NCBI RefSeq assembly: GCF_009834535.1 | Contig: NC_045697.1 | Span: forward strand, 64,606,001 to 64,670,000 | Direction of reading: 5' to 3' | DNA: 64,000 nt | Source of the DNA: Camelus ferus | Taxonomy: Eukaryota | Shown here: positions 37,290-51,234 of the stretch, piece by piece | Numbering within the stretch: the first letter of the stretch is position 1 | Layout: every line of letters begins with the position of its first letter | Translations under genes and position numbers: made by a program | Notes under the pieces: model-generated | Databases searched by the model: none | Told to the model about the DNA's origin: nothing | What the model saw: the letters and a program-made list of their open reading frames with translations, nothing else

Positions 37290-37815
37290 GCCAAGTAACA
37301 TAGTGGTTAAGAACACAAATGATTGTTTACTATGTCTGAGGGAAAGGAGGTGGGAAGGGATAAATTTGGGTGTTTGAGATTTGCAAATGTTAACCATTAT
37401 ATATAAAAATCGATAAAAACAAATTTCTTCTGTATAGCACAAGGATCTATATTCAATATCTTGTAATAACCTTTAATGAAGAAGAGTATTGAAACGAATA
37501 TACATATGTAAATGCATGACCGGGACATTATACTGTACACCAGAAACTGACATATTGTAACTGACTATATTCCAATTAAAAAAAAAAAAAACAACACAAA
37601 TGACAGTGCTAGGGAATTGCCTAGGTTTAAAGAGTGGCCCCCAAACTTCCCAGCAATTAGACTTTGGGTTAGTTAATTAAGTTCATTCTATTCTTCCTTT
37701 GCGAAGTACAAATAATGATAATAGGGCTGTTATGAAAATTAAATGAGTTAATGTGTTTAAGTACTTAAAACTGTGTCTGGTACATTTTTAATGACTACAA
37801 AATGTCAGTTTTATT
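37290..37815 (+). mobile_element. MIR split by the L1 at 37323-37589
   Basis: taacatagtggttaagaacac | ...cctaggtttaaag...actttgggttagttaattaa...tagggctgttatgaaaattaaatgagttaatgtgtttaagtacttaaaactgtgtctggtac. Confidence 0.75.
37323..37589 (+). mobile_element. Short L1 3'UTR insertion with poly-A, 14-bp TSD and a 5' micro-inversion, inside a MIR
   Basis: TSD aagaacacaaatga (37309-37322) and aacaacacaaatga (37590-37603); body matches the L1 3'UTR at 12770-13010. Confidence 0.92.
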
Positions 37816-39017
37816 TATTTATACAATTAATTATAAATGATCACTGTTTTCATGGAACTGATGTTTCTATTAGAGAGGACAGGCATTGAACTAATAACCA
37901 TATATGTAATTACATAATTATAAATTTTGATAAGTGTTATATGTAGAAAAGGAAAGGAGTAAAATTTAAAAAAAACTTATAAAAGGTATTAAGTAATTCA
38001 GTATACTCAAGTAGTTCTTTCTCTGCTCTGTGCTATTGAGGACAAGGTCTTTTTAACTTAGTGTCTCAGATGTCTGTACAATAGTTCATATTCTAGTATG
38101 TGTAGAATTTCAGCATAGCAATATATAAGGAGAAGCATTTTGACTAGGATAAAAATGTCCCTGACTCTCAACTAAAAAGTAAGTCATAGCTTATATTCAG
38201 AGATACAGAAAGTATTTCAGCATATGAAAATGTTTCATGAGGTTATATTTCCACTAAATTTGGCAGAGCACTTTCAGTCCTTTTTAGAAATGGAAGGAGA
38301 TATAAATTATACATTGTATAAAAATAATAAGTTAAATAATTTCAAAATAATAAAGACTTATTTTTTCCTGTAAATTTGAGGTCTTTTGTCTTAGAAGTGC
38401 TCAAAAGTCAAAGTTAAACAAGTCACCATCATTGTTGTGTTACTAACACCCAGTGATGTAAGCATAATAATTAGATTTTTAAAAATGTGCACAAGAATCC
38501 TGGCCTTGAGACAGAAAAAGGGAGAACATTATATACAAATGATGGGAATATTTTGCCTTGGGAAGAACTTTCTTTCCTCAAAAGTAAGAGGGTTGTCTGG
38601 TCTTCTTTTTCCAACCAAATAGTCTTACATCTAAGCTTTCTGTTCAGGAAACAAATGAAGTCAATACTAATCTTTCATAATTAAGTAGCTTTTCATGTAA
38701 ATAAAGTAGTATAGATTAGCATCCACAAAGTTTCCATATCATATATAATGTATTGTTATTAAATCTGTATTTTCTTTGATTTTTTAAAAAGATAGCAGAA
38801 CAATTTTCTCCCTTTTCACAGCCAAGCACACACTGACCTGCTGTTAATCCTGGCATTAGAAGTTTGCTGGTTAGAAAAAGTGCTGGTAATTTGAAAAGAA
38901 ACATAAATTAACGAGACCGAGAACTTGGCAAAGCCATGGAATTCTTCATAATTCACCTGAGCAAGATTTCTTTACCTCCAGAAACATACCTAGAAGTTAA
39001 CAAAAGAAGGGCATGGG

Positions 39018-39021
<4 letters not shown>

Positions 39022-39059
<38 letters not shown>
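39022..39059. repeat. (GT)19 microsatellite
   Basis: Directly visible. Confidence 0.97.
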
Positions 39060-39062
<3 letters not shown>

Positions 39063-39729
39063 AAGAGAATATTCAGTGAACATGACTAATGACTCCTTAT
39101 GTGGATTGTATTTGCTTATATATACATAAAGATAAAGCCTGAATAAGTTGCAGGCCAGTTGGGCAGTTACTTAGTACCACCCTACATATAAGAGTTGAAC
39201 AATCACCCAACATATAAATAGATGGATAATATTAAGAATTTCCTGCAATGAGGGTTGGATATTTCTCCAAATAAATTTTGAATTTTTCTCCTTTTTGTAT
39301 CATTTAGCAGGCATTCTTCTCTTTTCCTGTCCCCTCCTGAATCCTTCCACCACTACACACAGTCCTTGGGTGAAGAACAGTATCACTGTCAGATGTGGGC
39401 AGTATACTGGCCAAGATTTGGCTAGGAAAAAAAGGACTTTGAGATTAACAGCTGGGGCTTAAGGCAGAGAAACACATCAAACTCTAAGGTTTAGCTTCAG
39501 ATGTGACCCCTTTATGTTCTCTGACCCAGTATTCTAATGAGGTGGGAAAGTTGGATCTCTTCATGGGGTCCATCACTCGGCCCCTTACTCTAATGCACTT
39601 TCTATTATGCCTTATTAACTTAACCTTGAGGAACTAGGAGATGTTGGAAACAATACAAATGAAAGATCAGAAAAATTTGGCAGGATAGGGATAGGGACAA
39701 ATCATTCATCAGTTCAATTTCTAAATTAA

Positions 39730-39915
39730 CATGTTGCTGTAAATGGCAAAATTTCATTCCTTTTAATGACTGAGTACTATTCCATTGTATAAATATACCA
39801 CAGCTTCTTTATCCATTCATCCTTTGATGGACACTGAGGTCTTCCATATCTTGGCAGTTGGGAATAATGGTGCTATGCATATGGGGAATTGCAGGATCAT
39901 ATGATAGTTCTATCA
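39730..39915 (-). mobile_element. L1 ORF2 C-terminal fragment
   Basis: catgttgctgtaaatggcaaaatttcattcc...gagtactattccattgtataaatataccac matches the L1 at 14520-14600. Confidence 0.85.
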
Positions 39916-40470
39916 TTCTTAATCCTCTGTCTCTTAAATGTGAAAATTTTCCAAGTTTAAATCTTCTGAATTTTAGTTTTTTATCTTAGTCTTGACAACT
40001 TTTGTGATTTTAATATATCATAATTGCTTTTAGAGGATGTCTTTTGTCCCATTCTCCTCTAGTTTTTCTGTCAGTGTCTGTATCTTTTAGGGTTTTATGT
40101 CCCTTATTCCTATCTAATTATTTCTTTTTAACCTTTATTTTGTCTTTATGCCATTCCTTCACACTATATTTCCTTATTTGATTTTTTTTCCCTCTTCAAT
40201 TCTTCTTGTATTTTTCTTTATTATATGATTTGTGGTTACTGTGCCAAAAAGGAAGTATGCTATAGGAGCAGTGCCATGGAGAGAGCAAGGGAGCCTTCTT
40301 TCCTCTAGCTGTCATAGAATTGCCTTTCCAGTTTCACTTAATATATTTCTCATTCTTTTAAGGAGGGCCCTCTAAGGAAGCTACACACACTCTCCAACAA
40401 TACTAGAGACCTGCAGATTAACTTTCAAGAATGCTATAGTATATTCTATGTCGGTAGCATATTTGATTTA

Positions 40471-42833
40471 TAGGCATACTTTGAGATATTGCTGGTTTGG
40501 TTCCAGACTACCATAGTAAAGTGAATGTTGCAATAAAGTGAGTCACAAATTTTCTGGCTTGTCAGTGCATATGAAAGTTATGTCTACACTACACTGTAGT
40601 CTGTTAAGTGTGAAATCGCATTATGTCTAAGAAAGCAATGTTCATACCTTAATTGAAAAATACTTAATTGCTAAAAAATACTAAGCATCATCTGAGCCTT
40701 CAATGAGTTACAATTTTTTGCTGGTAGAGGCTCTTGCCTAGATGTTGATGGCTGCTGACTGATCAGGGTGGAGGTTGCTAAAGGTTGGGGTGGCTGTGAC
40801 AGGTTTTTAAAACACGGCAACAATGAGGTTTGCCTCATTGATTGACTTTTCCTTACAGGAGCCATCCCCCTGTAGCATGCGCTGTTTGATAACATTTTAC
40901 CCACAGTAGAACTTATTTGGAAATTGGAGTTAATCATCTCAAACATTGTCACTGCTTTATCGACTAAGTTTATGTAATATTCTAAGTCCTTTGTTGTTGT
41001 TTCAACAGTCTTCACAGTATCTTTATCAGAAATAGATTCCATCTTAAGAAACCACTTTCTTTGCTCCTCTATAAGAAGAAACTCCTCATCCATTAAAGGT
41101 TTATCATGAGATTGCAGCAATTCAGTCTCATCTTCAGGCTCCAAATTCTAGTTCTCTTGCTATTTCCACTGCATCTGCAGTTCCTTCCTCCACTGAAGTC
41201 TTGAACCCCTTAAAGTCATCCATGAATATTGGGATCAGCTTCTTTCAAACTCCAGAAATATTGACATTTTGACCTTGAATCATGAATGTTCTTAATGGCA
41301 CTTAGAATGGTGAATACTTTCCAGAAAGTTTTCAATTGACTTTGCCTAGATCCATCAGAGGAACTACTTTCTATGGCTGCTTTACTGTTATGAAATGTAT
41401 TTCTTAAATAACAAGACTTGAAATTTGAAATGACTTCTTGATCCATGGGCTGAAGAATGGATGTTGTGTTAGCAGGCCTGAAAACAGCATGAATATCGTT
41501 GCACATCTACATCAGAGCTCTTTGTTGACAGATGCATTCCAAATACCCTTTGTAAGAGGTATTTTTTTCTGAGTAGTAGGTCTTAACATGGAATTAAAAT
41601 ATTCAGGAAATCATGTTGTAACAAATGTGTTGTCATCCAGGCTTTGTTCTTTCATTTATGGAGCACAAGTTGAGTAGATTTGGCATAATTTGAGGCCCTA
41701 GGATTTTCAGAACGGAAAATGAGCATTGGCTTCAGCTTAAAGTCACCATTTGCATTAGTCCCTAACAAGACAAGTCAGCCTGTCCTTTGAAGCTTTGAAG
41801 TCAGGCATTGACTTCTCCTTTCTAGCTATGAGGTTCTACATGGCATCTCCTTCCAACACAAGGCTGTTTTGTCTACACTGAAAATCTGTTGTTTAGTGTA
41901 GCCATCTTCATAAATGATCTTAGCTAGATCTTCTGCGTAACTTGTTGTTGCTTCTACATCAGCACTTGCTGCGTCACCTTGCCCTTCTGTGTTATGGAGG
42001 TGGTCTTTCCTTAAACCTCATTAATCAATCTCAGCTAATTTCCAGCTTTTCTTCTGCAGCTTTCTCACTTCTCTTAGCCTTCATGGAATTGAAGAGATAG
42101 AGCCTTGCTCCGGGTTAGGCTTTGGTTTGAGGGAATGTTGTGGCTGGTTTGATCATGTATTCAGACGACTAAAACTTTCTCCATATCAACAGTGAGACTG
42201 TTTTGCTTTCTTATCACTTGTGTGTTTGCAGGAGTAACACTCCTAATTCCAGTCAAGAACTTTTCCTTTGCATTCACAACTTGTCTAACCGGTGCAAGAG
42301 GCCTCGCTTTTGGCTTATCTCGGCTTCTGACCAGTACAGTACAAAAATACACTTAATCATTTCTAGTTTTTGATTTGAAGTGAGAGACTTGAAATGCTTC
42401 CTTTCACTTGAATACTTAGATGTCATTGTAGGCTTCTTAGTTGTCCTAAGTTCAATGTCATTGTGTCTGAGGGAATAAGGAGACCTAAAGAGAGAGAGAG
42501 AGACAGGGAAATGGCTGGTCATTGGAGCAATCTGAACACACACATTTATTGATTAATTTCATCATCTTATGCTGGCATGCTTTGTGGTGCCCCCAGATAA
42601 TTACATAGTAACATCAAAGATCACTGTTAACAAATATAAAAATGATGAAACAGCTTGAAATGTTGCAAAGATTACCAAAATAAGACACAGAGACACAACG
42701 TGAGCAAATGATATTGGAAAATGGCGCTGATAGGCTTGCTTTATGCAAGGTTGCCCCAAACCTTCAATTTGTGAAAAAATGCAATATCAGCAAAGCACAA
42801 TAAAGTGAAGCATAATGAAATGAGATATATCTG
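40471..42833 (-). mobile_element. Full-length Tigger1 DNA transposon (TcMar-Tigger) with a degraded transposase
   Basis: About 2.36 kb, TA-flanked (40469-40470 and 42834-42835); termini resemble CAGGCATACCTC; ORF fragments show pogo/CENP-B-like transposase motifs ([49 protein letters not shown]). Confidence 0.95.
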
Positions 42834-44101
42834 TATGGATATTTAATGCATTCTGAAACATTATATCACTCATCTTAAAATTCATGGTGGAGACATGACG
42901 AGAAAGTGTTAATTTTGTTGGTGAATTTACAAGTCACCATTTCAGACAGTTTCTCAAAATTGGGACTACAGAACATTCAGGAACTTGAATTTTTAATAGA
43001 TATGAACTCCTAGTATAGCAAAATATCAATAATACGTAAAAATGGGACCTAATGTTCAACATAAGATAAAAATGCACATAATGAACATATTGTATATCTG
43101 TCTGTGTTTTAAAATAAATGAAACTGATCCAATAATTTATTTAGGTGAATATAAAACTCCTTATATATTCAGTTTAGCAGAGATTCTGAGAAAAAGGAAA
43201 GAATTACAGTGGCATACTTAGGATTTGTTCAAGGGGCTGTGTCCTGATCACAATCAGTGCTGGTCTTTTTCTTTGTTCGTTTGGTGGAACCTTTGCTGTG
43301 TCATTTTGCCCTTTAGTATCACACTGGCTTTTCTCTCCCATCAACACCCCTTATAAAGAGAAAAGCAGGATTTGGCTATAATAAGAACATGTTCTGTGTA
43401 CGGCCACTCTAATTTATTAGATCCTCAAATTCATTTTATAAGAAAATACAAGTGTTACATCCAAACCTGTATAGCCCTTTAGCCTATTTCCAGGCTTTGC
43501 TAATTGTGACATATCTTTGCGCCATGCTGATTAACTTAAGGTGTTACAGTGACCCCACATGACTTTCTGAGAACCATCTTTGATCTATCCTCGAAAGCGT
43601 TTCAGCTCCATCTGTTTGTGTAGGAGGTGGGCTTCTATTTGGGCATATATTCTCATTAGGCTCTTTGCTTCACATTGAGATTTAGTATTGTATCACCTTT
43701 ATTGACTGTTAAAACAGGGCAGTGCATGTAACTGTAACACAGGTTGGTTATCCTTGTTAGGGACTATATTTTGAAGTTACTGTACATCAATATCTACAAA
43801 AAGCACCATTGAGAGATATAATTCTTGCATCCATGAACATTTATTGCTTAACAATTTTGTGTGCAGTGAATCACCAAGTACCGTTCTGGGCATTGGAAAA
43901 CCCAATTTGAACGAATTAGTCAAAATCTCTGGTTTTACAGAGCTGAAATCCTAGAGACACAATTTTTGTACACAGGCAATATACATAATGGTTAAGAGCT
44001 TGAACCCTGAAGTCACACCTGGATTCAAATCCTACCTTTAGCACATTTCAGGTTTGTGATCTTGGGCCTCTCATTTCATTTATGAGATGCATATAGCAAT
44101 A

Positions 44102-44442
44102 CAGGTTAACAGTCCTTTATCTGAAGCTCTTAGGGGCAGATATGTTTCAGAATTCAGAAATATTGGATTTTTAGAAAGGTAATATTATAAATATCTATTC
44201 AGAATATAATAACATTAGCAGGCCTGCAGCAGGACCCTGTACATTTTGCAAAGAAACATACTGATAGTCACTCTCAGTGGAATAAATGGAAATTATAGAT
44301 AGCCTTACCTCAGTTCAGGTCAATATTTGCCACCAAAAGGGCTTATGTGTCAGATTTATGAAAAAACAACAAACAACAGAAACAACTTTTGATTTTTACT
44401 CTGTTTTTGGATTTCAAAATTGTAGCTCAGCATTTATAGCTG
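44102..44442 (+). mobile_element. MER46C-like Tigger-family MITE inserted in a MIR (MIR about 43970-44550)
   Basis: TA-flanked, about 340 bp; caggttaacagtcctttatctgaagctcttaggggcagatatgtttcagaattcagaa...tttttggatttcaaaattgtag...gctg. Confidence 0.75.
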
Positions 44443-45639
44443 TATGTTACCTACTTCCCAGGATTGTTATAAGAACTGAAGAAGTGCAATTCATGTCTTC
44501 TCAGCATAGGTTTTAGTATGTGGTGAGTGCGTATCTATTATTAATATCAGCATTAGTTTGGCTATTTCTCTAGCAAGTAAAAAAATTACTGACTCATCCA
44601 TTTCGGCAGAAAATCGTATACCTGAACTTCTTTCATTTGACACCAAACCTCACTTCAAATTTTTTTACAAAATAGACCTTGAGGGTTTTTCTGTCGAAAC
44701 ATTATGAAGATAGAGGCTTGTGAAACTTGCAGTGCTTTTAACTTGTTCTTCTGTCGTCTTTCATCTTACCATAATTTCCTTCTTTTCTTGATTTTTAATA
44801 CGTTTACTTAAAGAAAACTTTTCACATGCTATGTTGTGAGGATTTTCGTTTATTGTTTCAAAATGTAATGAGGCATTTTATGTGTAATAAATTTGTACAT
44901 TGTATAGTATGGTATATTTATTCTCTTTGCTTCCTCCAAATTTTCAGATCTAGGGCAAATTCAGTATCCATCATATACCCACTAAAAATCTCAATTTTCT
45001 ATTTTTATTGCTAATATAAAATGCCCTATTTGTGTGTGTGTTTTAAATTGGCTCTTGTGAGGTAGCCTAGAAAAGTAACCATCATTAGACTTTGATTCTT
45101 TCAGGAAGTATGTTAGAATTTTTACTTACAGTTCAGTATTGAAATAAGAGCCACTTCTAAACTGGAAACTAAACTATGTGCTAATTTATTATGTATTTAA
45201 GAAGAGTATTTGTGTTTCATCATAAAATCAAATTATTTCTTTACCATATAAATTATAGAAATTTTAATACGTTTTTCTTAATCTCCTAATCCTGAAAATA
45301 TAGAAGCAAAGGAAAAGAAAAAAAGAAAAGAACTACATCATTTTTCTGCCCTAGATAATGCTTTCTATGTTGCTCTACCATTTTTATATACCTCTTATTT
45401 AACCTCAAAAGATTTTCATTTATCATCTACACCAATTTTATTTTTGTTTCTAAGTTATTTTATGAGTTAATTACATCTTATTCTTCTCTACTTTCAGCTT
45501 AATTTATTATACTTAAACCTTATTAACTGAAAATTTGTATAACAATAACTACTCATTTCTGCCATCCTATTTGGCATCATTATTAGCCCATCTACACACC
45601 TTGTTGAACTTTACAAGGCAGAAGCACTGCATTGCTTAT

Positions 45640-46000
45640 AGGTCAACAAACACACCCTGGCATTTCAGACGTTTATTTCTTTACACTTGTGTTCCCTTTG
45701 TCTGTAATAAATGTCCTCCTCTCCTTTGTTCACTGGAGCAAATCCTATGTGACCTTCACAACCCAAATTGAAGGTCATTACTTTCAGACATTATTTTCTT
45801 GACAATCCTAGGGAACATTTCTTTGTTTTACTTCTGATGTTCTTCTGTATTTTCTCTTTATCTTGTGCACATGTGTATTTTTATGTTTATTACATTACAT
45901 TTTACTAAATTTTTATTAGTCTCTTGAGAAGAGGCATGTGGCTCATTCATCTCTGTATTCCTAACAAAGTATTCTCTGTATTTTTGTTGTTTGTGAATGG
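45640..46000 (+). mobile_element. L2 3' region
   Basis: aatcctatgtgaccttcacaacccaaattgaaggtcattac...ctcttgagaagaggcatgtggctcattcatctctgtattcc. Confidence 0.55.
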
Positions 46001-48274
46001 GTTTAAAATAAATTGGATTGAAATTAAACTATGTGTATTAGGCAAAGAATGATCTAGTTCACGGGAAGACTGAACGGCTAGGCTGAGACTTGATGACCCT
46101 AATGATGGAGGAGATAAAAGAAGAATTCAAGAAGTTTAGATGAAGACCTTGAGTTTATGGTGCCAATGCATTATCCAAGTCTGTAGTAGGATTTTAGATG
46201 TGGGCCACAGGAGAAAGATAAGACATGAAACATAAATCAAAAAGGAAGAAACAGTACCCAAAGTGATAAAACAACAAAAAATTTACAGAAACAAAAATTA
46301 CATCTTGAAGGATGCTGCTATTTAAGGCATTTATATATGGAAAGTGATTGTGTAGGATTCCAAAAGGCTTGTTAAGGTTAGATGAAAAACTGGTTATAAT
46401 AAGATCACAATTTAAAAAAAAAAACTATAGAGGAAGATTGAAAATATATAACAAAATAGGAATCAGATCATTTGATAAGTAGAATAGCTTTACCCCTAGA
46501 CTGGTAATATGTAACAGAAGCTTGACATCATAAAAAAGTAAATTTGTAGACTCTAGAACATAAGTTGAGAAAGTTGCTGTATCATGCTCTCTTTTTTCTC
46601 AGTGAAGTGTAAAATAATGCCTCAATCCAAGACAATAGCTAGTGTGAAGGTAAGATTTTATTAGAATGATGAAAGTTAAGAACAGCTGCTTTTGGGACAA
46701 AAGAAGAAGCTGACTAGAATATATACTAGGATTGTCAGGCAGTCCTGAAGATTCAGAAAATGAGGCTGGACACATTGAAATTGTGGGATGCAAATCTGCA
46801 AAACTTTTGTGATTTTTCTTCAGGGGCCTTCAGTATTTGGGTAGGGAGATAGATGATTATATCAATGCATATTTGGAGTTTTTCAGGGTAAATATTACCT
46901 AAAGAAAAGCAAAAAATAAAAAATAAATGAAGAAGCAGTTGAGTTAACATATTGTTTGGATATCATCTGAGATAAATGAAGGGATAAACACTACATGGAA
47001 TCTGAGCTGGAGACAAGCAAGAGGGTAGGTCAATGCTGAATTCATCCTGTGGCTGATGGTATCAGTGACAGTTATGAGCTTTCCTGGAAGCTGGAACAAA
47101 GACAAACTTTTGATTGTGGACAGTTAATCTAGAAAGTAACTTCTCCTTAGAAATACCTTGATGTCCTCAGGGTTCATCTGGGTTATAAATTCTATATTAA
47201 AGCATGTACGTTCTGCATGGAGATTTCTTTTCAGATTTAGTTTCTATTAGTAGAATATTATTTTAGCATTTATTTTCATTATTAACTATGTATAGGGTTA
47301 AGTCCAAGACTCATATTTATATAGGAAAAAACTCACTAAATGCTATATTTTCCAATTACAATTAAAACATAAATTTATAATCTCAAGGTTTGATTGTAGT
47401 GTCATGATGTTGTGTCTCAGGATTCATTATTTCATAAAATAAAAACCTTTTTCATTCATGTTTGTATCAGGATATCATAGACAAGAGGTTTGTTAGGATA
47501 GCCAGAGAATGCTTTTTACCCTGCCTTATTTTTTAATGGGAAAGAACAAGATAAATTAAGTGAGTCATCCTTAACCCATAACATTGTCTTTCATAACTTT
47601 TTTCAAATAAAAAGCAATTTCTGACTTATAAACATTTTCATGTATTTATTTACATATCATTGCTGATATATCCTACCAGAAATAGTTGCTATTAGCAGTA
47701 ACTCACTTTCCTCCATCATTTTATTGTTAATAAATTACTTTAATGTACATTATCTCATGTATAGTAAATTGGCCTAAACCCTATAGCAAAGATACATCAT
47801 TTTATTGCTGAAAGAGTCAATAAAAATAATTGTTAACTGATTTATTAATGCCGATGTGATAATGAAATAAATTGTTCCTTTGATAAAAGTAAAAGGATAC
47901 ACAATGATATGCTTCTATAAATAATATAAATTGGATTTGAAATGTATTATACATTTGAAAATTCTAAGCATATATAATAGAGAATATATAAATCTTACGA
48001 AAATGATTTGAGAATAACATTTTCTGAAACATTACAATGAAGACAATTCACCAGATTGTCTTGAACAAATGGCTTTATTATCATTTTTTGGTTTTTATTT
48101 ATTGTATTTCATATTAACAACTACTGACAGAATTAAGACTGATAAGTAATAAATAATTCTAATAGAGAAATAATAAGAATTCAAGTAGGGAAAATAAAAC
48201 ACCTACTCAAGGAACTCGTGTTCTAGTAGAGTATATAATTGTAGTAGAAAGATAAAGGTACAGTGATTATAACA

Positions 48275-49050
48275 ATTCAACAAATGTTTTTTCCAGTGGC
48301 AGGTATGTACTAAGCTCTAGATACAGTAGCATTCTACTGTTGTCATGTTAAACACTATTGTAGAGCCTGTAGTCTAATACGTGGTGGTGGGTGTGAATCA
48401 AATAATTAACAAAGTACAAAATTGCGTTATATATGATAAGGAGTAATACATGGAGCTACTGTATTGTATAATGGAGGATTCTAAGGTAGTCTTAGTGGTC
48501 AGAGATGCTTCTCTGAAGAAGCAATGACTGAGTTGAAATCTGAAAAATAAATGTAATTGATAGCAATGAGCATGTTCATTGGCTCCATGGCAGGACTGGG
48601 TTTGGCAAATGTAGTAAGTTAAGGAAGGCCAGAATGGCTGTGGGCTGAATGAAAAGGAGAAGGTACATGAGGAGGCTGAATGACAGGTAAAGAACAGACT
48701 ATTAAACACATTAGGTTGCTAAAGGGTACTGAATACTGTGGCACAGGACAGGGATGGGGTGGAAGTGTCATACTGTGAGCTGATTGTATTTGCATTTTTA
48801 AAGTCACTTTGGCTATAATATAGGGGAAACACTGGAGAGGGCTAATAGTAATGTAAGTAGATGAGTGGTCAAGAACAACGATGATGAACAGAGAGAAGTG
48901 GAGGTGGATTTTGGTTTAATTATTGGAAAAGATAGAAATTAATTGCTAATGATTTTGTAAAGAGAGCAAGGAAGAAACTATGTCAAGGATAACATCTAGA
49001 TTTCTGACTGACTGAATTAGATGATGGTGGTACCATTCACTGAGTTTGGA
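48275..49050 (-). mobile_element. L2 LINE fragment
   Basis: attcaacaaatgtttt...gatgcttctctgaagaagcaatgactgagttgaaatctg...tttgcattttaaagtcactttggct...gatggtggtaccattcactgag. Confidence 0.7.
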
Positions 49051-51234
49051 TCTACTCCCCCTGAGCTCAAAAGGACATTAGTTTAATGTTTATTGAGACC
49101 CCATAAATGGCATGTTAACTAAGTAGTGTTAGTGGTAAACTTCCATTTCCCTGGTCTCATATTTCTATGAGGAAAAACTTCCTAAACAATAACATGCTGA
49201 ACCTTTCGACTTAACATTTTCACTCGTGCCTCTGTGGTGTAGGTGGAAAGATTATCTGGTTAATAATCTGGGAGGAAGAGACTGCTCAAAGCATACTCTC
49301 TCTGTGTCATTCTGTCTCTCCTTCTTCCTCTCGTCCACTTTCTGTCTTTCTCTTTCTTTCTTTTGTAGGGTAAGTGTATTTATCCTTATCTCCAGAGAAT
49401 CTAAGAGCTTACTTGGTGAGTCTTTGCTGCTTGAGATAGGCTTGAAGTTGTCCTTCCTGCTTGTGACAACAAAGACCACTCTGTCCTTTTCATGTGTGGT
49501 ATAATATTATAAGCCTGTTTGGTCACAGACACAACCTGTACTCTAAGCATGCTACTTGTAGTAAAGTTAACATTTTAATCCTCCATTTGTCTTTCTCAGA
49601 TGATTGTCTTTCAATTGGCTTTTAACTATGTGGGGAAAGGAATGTGGTTTAGACCCCCAACACTTTTACTTGCAGCTCAAGAAATGATAATCTGCCTCTA
49701 GGAATAATTGAAGCTGTGGATATGGATGTGACTGCCTTGGGAGAGAATGGAGAAGTAGATGAATAATAAAAAAATCTGAACATCTAATGGCAACTTAGTA
49801 TCAGCCCTGGTAAATTAATCTGGAGGATAAAATATATCAAATAAATTTAAACAAAATGGATATTATATTTGTGTATTCAGCAGACACTGTAGGAGCTGAA
49901 GGGTCAGATTGAAATAGTATCTGATGCTGTTTGGTGATGGTAGCAGGTTCAAGTAGAAAATAACCCTTTGGAGGTGATATCTCTTGTGCTGCTTCTTAAA
50001 GTTGAGCAGAATTTAGAAAAGGGAAGAGGATGAACAAACTTTGGGAGGAATAAGATAGCATACAATTTCAAAACACCCTCCTCCTTGCTTTTTTCTTTAA
50101 AGATCATCTCCAGGAAGAAGTACTTATTTAGAGCAGTTTTAAGTTGAGGAAGAAGAGCTTTACCAGAATCATTCTAGAACTATCACTATAAAGGTTGATT
50201 ATACAATCAAAGGTCATCTGTGAAGAAATACTGACAATCTAAAAATATTCCTATTTTAATTACATTACTAATTCAAAATAGGCTGTTGTTCTTTTTTTTT
50301 TTTTTAATTTAAAAGGGTATTTCACTAGTTTCTTAGCCTTTACTATGAAGTATCATGGACTTTTAAATGTGAATTTGTTTAAACATAGCTTTAGCATATA
50401 ACTAGTTCTTGCAGTTTAGAGTAATGTCTGCATTGAAGAGGCTTTAGCTCTTCCTTAATAAAATCAGTTTCACGAAAGGCATCCAACTGGAAAAATCACT
50501 TTGCCTTAGAGAATTCTGCAGTGACTATAAGCCCATCCTCGACAGAGCCCATAGCTCTGCTAGGTAGCATATACAGTATTAAACTATAATGTAAACTTTG
50601 CTGGATCAATTCATTATGTGTATGTTGTATCTGTCTGGATAGTATCACCTTAAACATACAAACTAGTGTGTGTCATTATGCACGTGGTAACTATTAAACA
50701 ATGCATAGAATCAAAGAACTTGATGACAATTTTGTGATTATTCCATCTAAGCTCCAACCCAATACAGGAATCTATTTATCCCTGACTACTAGCTGTTGAC
50801 ATTTTTAAAACAACGCTGATAAAGGGAGGTCACATGCTTATGGGACATACCATACCTTTTGTTGAATGCAAGGTGTTGTTTTTTCATATTTATTTTGCCT
50901 CCTACTAATTTTAATCCCTAGTTTTATCCTTCACACAGTACATGAATACATTAATCGGTTACCACTTGCAAATGATAGCTTTTCAAATAGATGACACTGA
51001 CATGGCACTCATTCACACAGCAATTTTTTTATATATGTATTCTCTACCAGTTACTGCATTGACTCTAAAAAAGGTGAATGAGAACAGCGCTTGATTTTCT
51101 TCAGTTCTATCACTTATTCTTTCATATGGCTGTTTCTAAATGCCTCAATAAGGCACATGACCAACTCTGAGAGCATTATTATCTTTTATTTATTTTATTT
51201 GTATTTATTAATCATAATTATGCAAAACATGACA

